Assembly (NCBI GenBank): GCA_907165135.1
Contig: OU015566.1
Coordinates: 5,270,001-5,334,000, forward strand
DNA: 64,000 nucleotides
Origin: Oikopleura dioica
Taxonomy: Eukaryota > Animalia > Chordata
Direction of reading: 5' to 3'
Made by a program: the position numbers and the translations under genes. The notes beneath the pieces are model-generated. The model ran no database searches, was not told where the DNA came from, and saw only the letters and a list, made by a program, of their open reading frames with translations. Below, piece after piece: positions 23,601 to 35,600 of the stretch. Numbering within the stretch: the first letter of the stretch is position 1; each line of letters opens with the position of its first letter.

Positions 23601-26600
23601 ACCTCCTCGGGCGTGTTGTAAAACGAGAAACGGTTGTTTCGCGTTTCCTGCTCCGAAATTCGCGTCTTTTCGCCATCTTCCGAAATGCGGAAAAGCTCAA
23701 GAGAATAGCGCGTGTTTACCATGTCCATTTGAGGCACTAGCTTCTGGGTAACAATGTCGAACTCCCAAATCGTCTAAAAGAACCCGACTTGCACGTGGCT
23801 TTCCGGACGAACGGGAAATCGAAAAAACGCCAAACATGCAAAACATAAAAATAAACCCCTATTTCTTCTTCAAGGATAATGATAACAGAAATAAAGATGT
23901 GTAGGCGAATATGTCATCTCAAAAATATTCGAACGTGAAGCGCTAACACAGGGATGGAAATATAACAAAATTTTCCGGCGGCACCGGCACGGCACCGCAC
24001 AACTAAAATACCCGTGCCGCGGCACGGTACGGCACGGCACGGCACGAAATTCGAAAATGGGGTGCCGCGGCACCACGGCACGGCACGGCACAAATTTGAA
24101 TCATATTATATGATTCATATAACTTATGAATGAAAATGAAAAAAATTAAGTGAACTTATCAAATTTTGAAAAAATTAAATGAAAACCATAATAAAGTTAA
24201 TGTCTTGGATAATTTGAATTTTTCAACAATGGGTGAGGGTGGGGTTGAAGACAACACTGAGATTGATAGCAATGTTTCCAGCCAATGTCAAGCCCCTTAA
24301 ATTAACAAATCAAGGAACGGGGCTGAAACGGCCCGAAGGGCCGTCAAGCCCTTAAATTAACAAATCAAGAAACGGGGCTGAATCGGCCCGAAGGGCCGTC
24401 AAGCCCTTAAATTAACAAATCAAGGAACGGGGCTAAAACGGCCCGAAGGGCCGTCAAGCTCTTAAATTAGCAAATCAAGGAACGGGGCTAAAACGGCCCG
24501 AAGGCCCCCTTTAATTAACAAATCAAGGAACGGTCAATTATACTGTGCCGCGGTGCCGTTACCAGATTTTACTCTCCGGCACGGCACGGTACGGCACGTG
24601 CCGTGCCGTGCCATGCCGCTGTGCCGTGCCGTGCCGTGCCGCTCAGATTTCTATCCCTGCGCTAACATAGCTTTAGGAACATGTAAACATTAACAAACAA
24701 ATATGTCACTCGGCCCATTCCACTGCTGAAGGTCGCATTTTTTGGCATTCAACAGCGGGATGAGCGGCTTATTTGGAATTTACGGCTTTTTGGGCGACTT
24801 TGAATATTGACTTCAAAAATATTCGAGCGAATATTCGATTTAAAAAAAGAGAAAAATTGACATAAATAAAGAACGATTTTGAAAATTTTCGGGTAGAAAA
24901 TTTGGACATGCATGAGTTACCCAAACTGGATCCCACTGGAGATCAATCTTGGTCGCGTACGCGTTGATATCGATACTTTCGCAGTCGACCGATGCCGGCG
25001 GCGTCCAAAACGGTTGTTCGTCGCTGCGCCCAAAGTTCTTCTCGCCATTGGGACGGAGAATGTAAGGCGTCGCCGTGATTTTGTACTGCCCGTTGAAATC
25101 AAGATTGACGACTTGGTACAAATTGTCGCCGAGGTCGATTACTCTTCCTTGATCGCCGAATGTAAGCCGACTGAGGACTTGGATGTCTACTCCGTCAATT
25201 CCTTTTCAAAGGATAAATAAATAGAAAATTCCTTCTCGCAATGGAGACCCACTACGCGTGCAGTAAGCATTATGTAATTAAGTCGATTAGCGCAAGCAAT
25301 TGATAATATAAAAAGAAAGATCCTTAAATTGTTTTATGGTTATTTTCTATCCGGATTCCTTCAGAGGCAGTGACCCTAGCCGTAATGGTATTTTCTTCGA
25401 TCTTCGTCAGCATAACTCTCGCTGTTATATCCGTCGTTTGAATTATGAATTCAGTTGGCTTCTCCGTTTTCTGGTTACCAGCAAACGAATCAACACGGAT
25501 TTTGTAGGTTGAGGATGAAGAAATGCCATCTTCCGCGTTGAATTTGATCAAGTATCTTCCTTGTTCGTCGATATTTTCTGGATCGGTTGTTTCAACTTTT
25601 TGACGATCGCTTTTTGCCCTCGGCTTTCTGGTTGTCGGATCGCTTCGACCATGAAAAAGTCAACATGGCCATCGATTGGAAAAGCAGCGGTGAAGCTAGT
25701 ACTGCCTTCCAAGACTTCAATGTCATCGGTCTCGACCGAAGGCGGGCTCAAGCTTACGAAGTTGTTGAAGTACCTCCACTCGGAATAAACCATCTCCCGG
25801 GACACCTTGTGCTTGGATCGCACCTTGCAGTGATATTCGAAACCAAGAGGCAGATCGTCAAATGTGGAGCTGTCGCCCTTTTCTTCGCGGAAATAAATCT
25901 CCACGATCTCCTTAGTCGAGGTCCTCACTTGTTCCAAAACCACTTCAGTTGCGGCTTTTTTCGTCCGCGACTTGGCGAATTCGGCTGTCAAAGTGGCCTT
26001 CTTCCCCGTTGGCGTCATTTTTTCACTGACGCGCAGTTGCTTCGGAATCGGAGGATAAGGCTTGTTCGTGGCGTCTGGCAAGTTCTCGCCGATTTCGATG
26101 TCGAATGAATCTGGTTCCACGTCGGTGTAAACAGCACTGCGCGGGATGCAGCCCGCATGGTAGTTTGCGACTTTTGTGATTGTGTCCAAGTCCCGGTAGT
26201 TTTCCAACAAGAATACGTTGTCTTTCTTAGGCATAGAAGCGATCGCATAGAGCTCAGCATTCTCGACGGAGCGGGAAATACCAACGGCAGTGAGCGTTAT
26301 TCTCTCCCCGAAAGCATCCTTAATATCGTTTGCCATGTTGTTGACATCAGCCACGTCGGATTCCTTCCCATCGGTAATCAAATAAAGATAGATTTCAGAA
26401 TTCGGTCGTAAGCCGCTTTCCGGGATTAAAACTTTCGACATGGCATTCTGCAGCGCTCGGGCGATTCGAGTTCCTTTTCCAGAGTAGACCATTTTGTTGA
26501 TGGCAGTGATCATGTCGTACGCGTTCTGATGCTCGTTCAGGTCGAAGATTGTTCGGAAAATATTGTTGTACAAGTAGACCGACACTTGCGTTCTGCCTGG

Positions 26601-29600
26601 AGCGATGTTGAGGCCGCTAATGAGTCTTCTCATCCATGATTTCATCACTTGGAAGTTTGGCTTTCCGACGGAACCGGACGAGTCGAGCAAGAAAATCATG
26701 TCAACTTCCTTTGTCGAGTTTTCACAAATGAAGCTCGGGAGAGGGTCCACCAAGGAATCAGACAACTCACTGACGTCAATGACTGAAGGCTGTTCGCCAG
26801 GTGAAGTAGGCACCGTTGGAACCAGGCTTGAAGAGATTTGAATTTCCTTCTCTTCCCATTCAGAGTAGATCTTTCTCAGCTTACTTCGTACTTTGGCAAT
26901 GTACAGTCTTGTACTGTCGAATTCCGGCCGAGTGATGGTAGTTTGTCGGATGTTGTCGATTTCTAGCGCTGGAGCGGCATCTTCCCGTCCTGCTTCTTCG
27001 ATTTTCACATCGTAAGTCACCAGTGGAGCGAGTTTTTGATCGGTTACTTCCCAAACGAGTCGCAAATTATTTCGATCATCAACGAAATTTTTCAACAGCG
27101 TCGGTTTTGGTGGAGGTTTCATTTTGCCGCTCTTGCTGATTTTGTTTTCGCCATCAGCTCCGGCGAAACTCGAAACGGTTACGGTGTAGTCTTGTCCTGG
27201 GAGAAGCAGTTGAGTCTGAGAGGTCCAGACGAGCCATTCCCCGGCGCGTATTTGTTTGACATCGACGATTCGCCCTGGCTCGTTGCTGGGCTCGACGATG
27301 ATGTCGTAATAGTCCACTCCTCCATCACTTGGTGGCTCGAAGCTGACCTGAAGCTCAGTGGTTCCGAACTTGACTTGGAGATTCTCCACGACAGCCGGTT
27401 GAGTGAAAAAGTTCAATTCCTTAGAGCGCTTGCCGTAGACCCCGTTGGCGATGGAACTCATTGTCATTCCATGAGGGGAACCAGGGACGAGATTTTCGAC
27501 GACAATTTCGCGAACACTTCTGTCAACAGTTTCTCGCTTTCGAAGTTGCTTCTGTCGATCATTTGAATCGACGAGCTGGTAAACTTCGTAGTAGAACTCG
27601 TCCGCGTCCGGGGACGGATCAAAGGTGATAACTGCTGATGTTGGTGTGATGCGTTTTACTCTCAAGTTTGTCGGTGGAATCGCATGAGCTGAAATGATTT
27701 CGACGTCTTTTGTCAGAGACTTTTCATCGCCCCGGTATGTGATAATGTCGAGCAAATATGTTGTCGATGGTTTGAGATCAACGAAATTCGCCGAGTATTT
27801 CCCGATAAACTCAACATCCGGCTTTTGAACCTTTCTTTCCTCTTGCCAGTTTCCGTCTGGATCTCTGAGGATCAAGTCGAAGCTGTCGTGGCCGCCGATC
27901 GATGGCGGATCGAAGAAAATGTCGATCTGGTGATTTGCGTCGGAATCAACGCGAGTTGAGGAGACGATTGAATCAGGATTGACGGGATTGGGCTTGGTCC
28001 AAGCTCGGACTGCTTTCGATTTGCCAGCGTTTCCTTTTCGAGATCCTTGCACGAGAATTGTGTAGCCAGTTCCGGGTTGAAGGCCGACGATTCGACCCTG
28101 GTTGATTTTGAACGAAACGGTTTTTCTAGAATTTTTTGAAATCAAGGAAGAGAATTCGCCACCTACCGATTCGAATCAATAACTCTGAAGTCGCTTCCCA
28201 TCGACTCGTAAACCATTGCTCTGTACTCATCCGCGTCTGGCACATCCTCCCACTCGAGCTAGGGAGAGACGAATTAGTCGTCATCGCGTTTTTCGATGCT
28301 TACCTTGATGGTGTCATTTGTGACTTCGACGATATTGACAAGTGCGGGTGCATCAATATCTAACGTGCGATGGATTTAGTGACGTGCAATTTCAAGCACA
28401 ATTAGTTAACATTTTTTCTACATGCAAATCTACATGCTACAGCTCCAATTCTACACCGCCAGTAAACTTGAACGGTCAGAATTCGAGCGCTACTGTATAT
28501 GCAACTCAGGTGCATATACATAATTAGTTCTTTCTTAGGATTAGTGTTTGTTACATGCAAATTAGTATTGTTAAAGAAATCACATGCACATTCTAGAGTG
28601 GTTGATTGAAGGAGAGTGAGGTACGTACCGGTTTCTAAAAAATAATGTTCAAGATAAAAATTTCAAAATATTTGTAATGTCAACAACATCAAAGCATGAT
28701 TCCTAGCATTTGGCTCATTCCAAGATGCAGTTTTTTGTTTCATTCAAATATTTTTGTTTAGAAAAATGATGCGAAAAAAACGAGTTCCATCACCAAGCGA
28801 CAACAAGCATTGAAAAACAAGGCTCTACTAATTACATATTATCGAAAAATATGCTGAACATCCAAAAACATCGAGTTCTAGCGCTAACCTACATCGAGAT
28901 TTGTGACATAAGGTTACCCAAGAGTTTAGGCGTCCTTGAGCTTTGGGGCAAAGGACTAGTCTTGATCGTGGCTCGTGATTGGGTTTTTGATGATGTCGTG
29001 CTTGTCGCACTGGTTGTCATTGTTGTGGTCGGTATCGGTGTTGAGGACTGTTCTAGCACCGTTTCCGTACGACTGATTATGTTTTCTATCATGCAATTTA
29101 ATTAGGATGGGATAATTTCAAGTGATTTCACCAGATGGTTTTTACATAATATTTTTGCTGAACTTCCGATGCTACACATGTTCATGTACGACTAAGGTAG
29201 GTCTATGAATTCAATTAGCAAAAATAATTATCTAAAAATGTTAATAAAATTTCCGTCTTGGTTCTCAAGAAAAGAATCGTCTCTCTTGACAAACCTCTAG
29301 AAAACATCGAAAATCAAACATCAGGCAGCACTAGAATCAAAAGATGCCGCCTTACGTTCTCTGATCTGGCGTCTCAAACGCTGCCGAGGCAAGCGTCGGT
29401 ATTTCGCTAAATAAAACACTCTCACCAAAACACAACCACAAGTGAAGAATTACACTCCGTGGTTAAATTCTCAGACAATGTTTCTTTCGTCGAGATTTGT
29501 ACCTGTGAGGAGTTGGCGGCCAACAGGGGCGGATCTTGATTCGCCGGCTTGAGAAATGACTTCGACGTAGTATTCTGCTCCTGGCTCGATTGGTGTGTCT

Positions 29601-32600
29601 TCGGAGGATTCGAAAGTAACCACGTATTGGCTCTGTCCGTCCTTGAACGGGACAATTCGCTGGTTGATCTCTTCCCTGATTGCTTCATCTTTGTCATCAT
29701 AAAGCTTGACCACAAAGTTCTCAGCACTTCCTTCCTCTGGCGGGTAGAAGGTAAAGCGGACTTTGTTCATGTACTGCTGCGATTGCTCAACAGAGAACAC
29801 TTCTTCCGGCTCAGTGATGAAAATCGTTGGATCGGAGGGTTCCGATGTCTTCCATTCGTTCGTCGACTGCATAATGATTTTGTAGGCTGTTCCCGGCTCG
29901 AGGATATCGTCCACTTTGAAGGCTGGTTTTCCGTCTTCAGTCATCATCAGATCTTCCGCCGGAACATCCGATATTTCGAAGACTTCTTCACCGTCCATAT
30001 CTTGTATTTTCAAGCTGTAGCTTCTCACGGCATCTGACGGCTTCCAGGTGATCGTCGCTTCTTTGTTGCTCACTGTTGAGATTCCAACTCCTTGGGGAAC
30101 AGGCGCTTCCAAACTTCTCGTCTCGAATTTGAACTTCTTCAAATCGGACTCCATGGGGCCTTTGACACTCGTCACTTCGGCGACATAAGTGGTCGCCGGT
30201 TCGAGATCAATGTCATTCGACTGATCAAAGACGAGCGTAAAGTCATTCGCCACCACCTCTTCAAGCGGAAATTCAACAACGTTGATGACCTCAAAATCGT
30301 CCAGAAATGGACTCGTGTTTTTTTCTTGAGGACGACTCTCAGCAAATCCGCTTGGTTCTGCACAAGATCGCTCACTTTCAACGCCGCGCTCATTTCCGTT
30401 GATTCGTAATCCAGCATAATCGGCGCTGTAGGCTTTGTGAAGATTCGAGAAGGAAGGACATTTCGCGATCGAACGACTTGTTCTTGGTCGACGTTTTTGA
30501 TCGCGGTCAGAGAAATATCATAACTAGAACCAGCCTCCAGATCAGATAGAGTAAAGCTTGGGTCTTCGTTATTAATCGGGAATGTCTCAGTCTGTCCAAA
30601 ATCGTTTCTCTTTGTCAGCAAAAAGCTGTCAACTCCGACCAAGGGTTCCCAAATAATCTCCGCTTCGCCTTCGTTTTCGGAAAGAACTCGAACCCAGCGA
30701 GGACTGATGATTTCATTCTCGCAGCCTCCGTATAGCATGTCGACTTTGATCCGTCCGAATGCTTTGACGATTTCTTGGGATATTTCTTCCGACTCTGTGT
30801 CGATTTCGATGATGTTTTTCGGATCGACGACGCTGGAAAAGTCGTAATTGTTGTTGAAGCTGACAACGGCGATATCCGCGGATTCCTTCAAATCAGCAAT
30901 GTTCAGGACCATTTCTGCCTCGTCAGAGACAAATCCAGAGGAAAGAATAATGATCTTCGCTCGTTTGGAAATTTCGCGAGTGTCGATTCCAGTGTAGTCT
31001 TTTCCAACCGGGAAGCCTTTTCCATCGAACTTCATGATGAGCTCTTGGAAGCCTGCTGATTGGATGTTCTCGGCGATTCGGACGATTGTTCTGAGACCTT
31101 GGCCGAGATTTTGACTGTCAGAGGGGATGATTGTCACTTTTGACTGCAGAACTTTCTGGATGACCTTGGGCAGTTGCTGCAAGTCGAGATCGTAAGCAAT
31201 CGAAGAGGTGGAAGCAAAGAGCACGAGTCCAACTCGGACGCCAGACGTAGCAATGTTCATTTGCTCCACAAAGTCGACAATCGCCTTCTTTACTTGGTCA
31301 AGTTGCGCTTCCATTTTTATCGAAACGTCGATAAGGAAGATTACGTCCTGTTGCGAAAACAGAGGGCAGGCGTCCCGCGGGCACAGATTTTCAGCAATGC
31401 TCTTTTCTAACTGCTTGGTTTGCTTTTCGATGTCGTTGAAGTTCTTCAAATAGACGATGTCCTCGGGCGTGTGGACGATCGAACTGATTTCGGATCGGTC
31501 CACGCCGTTGCCGATCGCAACGACTTTGACGCTGTGCGCGATCTTTTTCAGCCTTGAGGCGGGTTCCTCGACTGGATCAGCTGATTTTCCATCCGCGAAA
31601 ATGATCACGTGAAGCGGGTGATTCGGTCGGCGACCGTTGGGCGCGTAATTCATCGTCCGAATGATTTCGTTTATCGCGCTGCCGAGTGCTGTACCCTTGC
31701 CCAAGGACTTGAGTTCAAGGTCGAGCAGCGACTTCAGAAGTGTTTTCTTATCTTCGAAATCGTCCAAATTGAACACGACGCGGTACTTGGCGGCGAAAAC
31801 GGCCAGCCCGAATTGTGTGTCTTCGGGGGAGACGGTGTAGTGCTTGATGAACTCGCGGATGAAGGTGATCACCTTGATCAGGTCTTCTTCTGAAACAGTT
31901 CTCGACATGTCCACGAGGAAGAAAACATCAGCCTGGGTTAGATGACACATTAAATCGTCAGTTGATGGCTGTCGCGGAGCCAAAGGCATTCCAGTTTCCA
32001 GTTGCTCGCAAAGTCGGCCTTCTCGGAGGCCATTTCCCCGGCCAATGTCTTTGTAACCAGCATCACAGGCGCAGGTAAACGTTGTTGATTTTCGAATACA
32101 TCTTGCGTTTTCGGAGCAGTCGTTTCCATCGCATGGGTCGCAAGGGATAATCCGGGTCATGCTGTCATCTGGCGAGCGATAGGGCTCGAAGTTTCCGTAC
32201 ACCTGACCGGCCACAGTGGCAAGATTGACCTGAATGGAGGTTTACTCTCGCTTTTTGAGAAAATAAATTCAAACCTGATAATTTCCATCGACGTAAACGT
32301 GAATTTTGCATCTGAAGACGACTTGATCGTTGAACTCGTAAAACTCGGCGAGTTTCACTTCCACTGTTGCAACAACTGCGTCCTCTCCATCGATGAAATG
32401 AACGTTTGGAACAAGCCCGACAAGGAGATCGTTCCAGATCATGTATTGCACAGAAGCTGGGTCGTTAAAATCGTCAGTCCATTCGAGTTCGCCATTTTCA
32501 GGGTCGAAGACAAATAGCTCCGCTTCGATGCAGCCAGCCGCTAGAAAATTATGTCAGCTTGATAAAAAAAAAGGTCAGGAAGCCCTTAAGCAAGTCGTTT

Positions 32601-35600
32601 TTATAATTTTTAATTATCAAAAAGATACCCTTAAAGAATCTCTTTATAAATAATAAGACGATGGAAAACGAGAGCGTCACGATTTTCTTTCTGGGGTTAT
32701 ATTAAAGGCAAAAAAGAGATTTGAGATAAACTCCCTTAAATTTGATCTGAACAAAGCGAGTCAATTTCAATTAGGCTTTGATTATTTTCTCAGCGTCGCT
32801 CGTGAAACTTTGCGGTCGGAAATATTCACTGCGTATTTCGGCAAAGTCGGAAATATACACCTACTGGAGCATAAAATTGAAGCAAGAGTATTTGATAACG
32901 TTAGGCCGAAGCGGATTGTATTCACCACTCGCTCCTTGGAAACGCGCCAAAAACAGGAAAAGAAATCGCCTTTCTGAGAGAGGCGATTTTCTGGCAGTTA
33001 GATTTTCTGGCAGTTAGACTTTCTGGCAAAGGCGATTTTCTGGCACTGCCAGAAAATCTAACTTCCAGAAAATCGCCTTTGCCAGAAAGTCTAACTGCCA
33101 GAAAGTCTAACTGCCAGAAAATCGCCTCTTTTGATTTTGAATCTACAGTTAATGATCCTGGAAGGTAAAAACGGAGAGGGTTTTCGACAGTACCACCAAT
33201 TTTTCTTACATGTTTTTTTAAATTCATTGACAAAAGCCACTTTTGACCCATTTATTCAAGATTATTGGCTGTAGCAAACATAAATCAGCTTCTTCCGGGA
33301 ATTTTGTGTTAATCACCAGGTGTTATTTGCATCTGATTTCGAGTACTTGGTCACAGTGGGCACCCACTGAGATAATGGCGCACGCTAATGCTTTTAAAAC
33401 TGAACTTGTTATAAAGCTCTCCAGAAAATTCTTCCTCAGGTGGTGAAATCGCCTTTATAGGATGGATATTATTTGAAATTCTGCAAGAAACTCTTAATAA
33501 TAATCATTTTATAAATTCGAAAAACTGGTGATTATCACACAAATTTCATTTCGGAGCAGTTTCAGCAGGAGTTTGCACCTTTCGACGGGAGCGTTTGATC
33601 TAAAAGCCGACTATTCAGGGCGGTAAAAGACTACGAATTGGGAATTGAAATTTCTGCGCTAAAAATAGAATGAGGGTAGCATCCGCAGTTCGTTCTAGCT
33701 GTTTTCGGAGTGACAAACGGGTTCACAGGCAGCTGAAAAGTTAGATTTTGATTTTTTGAGAAAATGGAGAATGATAAGGAAGAAAAATCGTATAGATAAA
33801 TATTGAAAATGACAGCGATTCCACCACCTTCTGAGGAAGAATTTTCAGGAGAGTTTTATAACAAGTTCAGTTTTAAAAAGCATGAGCGTGCGCCATTATC
33901 TCAGTGGGTGCCCACTGTGACCAAGTACTCGAAATCAGATGCAAATAACACCGGGTGAAAATTCCCGGAAGAAGCTGATTTATGTTTGCTACAGCCAATT
34001 ATCTTGAATAAATGGGTCAAAAATGGCTTTTGTCAATGAATTTTTATAAAACATGTAAGAAAAAAATTGGTGGTACTGTCGAAAACCCTCTCCGTTTTTT
34101 TACCTTCCAGGATCACTAACTGTAGATTCAAAATCAAAAGAGGCGATTTTCTGGAAATTAGATTTTCTGGCATATTAGATTTTCTGGCAGTGCCAGAAAA
34201 TCGCCTTTGCCAGAAAGTCTAACTGCCAGAAAGTCTAACTGCCAGAAAATCGCCTCTCTCCGCCTTTCTTACTTTTGATATTGAAGTTTAAAATTGAAAA
34301 TCGGCTTCGCCAGCCACTTTGCTAAGCCGGATTGCAGAAAGATAAACGAAACTTTCACACTTGCGAGAATCGCGCGCTAAGAAAACAAGAATTTGTGTCT
34401 TGGCGAAAAAAAACTCGCTGTAGATTTATTTTTAGGGCTCGTTTCAAAAATAGCTGTCAAATGTTTTTGAAAACGACTCGAAATGGAGCTGATCTAATAT
34501 TTACGTTTTCAGAAAATGATTTGAAATAAAAACAATTTTTTCTGAAATCTAATTGGCCAAACAGCCGTCAGCGCGAATCTGATTGGTCGAAAATTTGGTG
34601 AAAATCGGCGCAATATTTTGTTGATTCAAGCCAACGCGGAAAAAGCGGCAGCGGCTCAATTATTACAAAAACTGCCAAAAACTGCGCTCGCCCGCGAACA
34701 GCATGCTCGAACACGTGTTTCTGTCACAACTTCCGGCTTATCATTTTTCAAAATAAAAAAAGGGTTTTTTACCTTTACTTTTTTGAATTTCACTTTGGCT
34801 CGATAAGGTGGAGGTTTTGTTATCTCTTTTTGGACTTGAACACTTTGGCCGTTTTGTGTCGAAACAGAACTGGGCCCGGAAAATCGGGAGGAGAAAAAGA
34901 AAAGGGGCAAAGAATTTCATATTTTTGGCATTGCTCTTTTTCTGACTCTCTTTGGTTTAGAAAAAGGATCGAAAGTGGGCCTAATTCAGGATCATTAGAG
35001 GAGTAATTGGGTGATTCATGTAACGGCTCGGGTGGAAACGGCTATGGTGGTGGTGTTTTGGCTTGGTGCAGTTCTCCGTGGCCGGTGACTGATCCTCAGA
35101 AATCCCCCTTGATCCGCGCCCGGAGGCGTGGGGCCGATTGTTTTCCGTCTTCTTCCACTTATTTCCGGTGAAAATCTCCTCTTTCTCGCGATTCTCTTTG
35201 TTTCTTCGGATATTCTGTTGTATAGCAACAGGTAAAAGATCAAGTCATTACGCAAAAGTCCGGTTTTCGATCGGAAATAGTAATAAAAATCCGTGGAATG
35301 TGAAAATTGAGGTGTATGGAGCTGAATACCTCAGCTGAGTGGCCCGCGAGCTTTCGAGTGCAGGGGCGCGCGCTGATACTAGAACGCTCAGGGGGCGCTA
35401 TACGAGCAAAACGCCGCGATGAAGAAAATCCGAGAGAGCAAATCCGAAATTGCGCCTCACTTCCGGGATCTGTTTAAAACCCTATCACACCGACCCACTT
35501 GAGAAAAAGAAGGGAAAAGAAAAGGCAAAACAAAAAACTGAAGAGAAAAAATAAAAACAAGAGAAACTCACTTTATCGAAGAAAAAAAAAATTTGTCTCC

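Noticed and set aside
24287-24533. Regularly spaced repeats with a hairpin, superficially CRISPR-like
   Set aside because: The units are contiguous tandem copies with no unique spacers, there are no cas genes, and the context is a eukaryotic intron.
34990-35600. Possible nested gene or alternative first exons in intron 32541-35974 (GTGAGT donor, His-rich frame, CCAAT boxes near 34550-34590)
   Set aside because: No ATG-initiated, phase-consistent ORF could be assembled; not supportable without transcript data.
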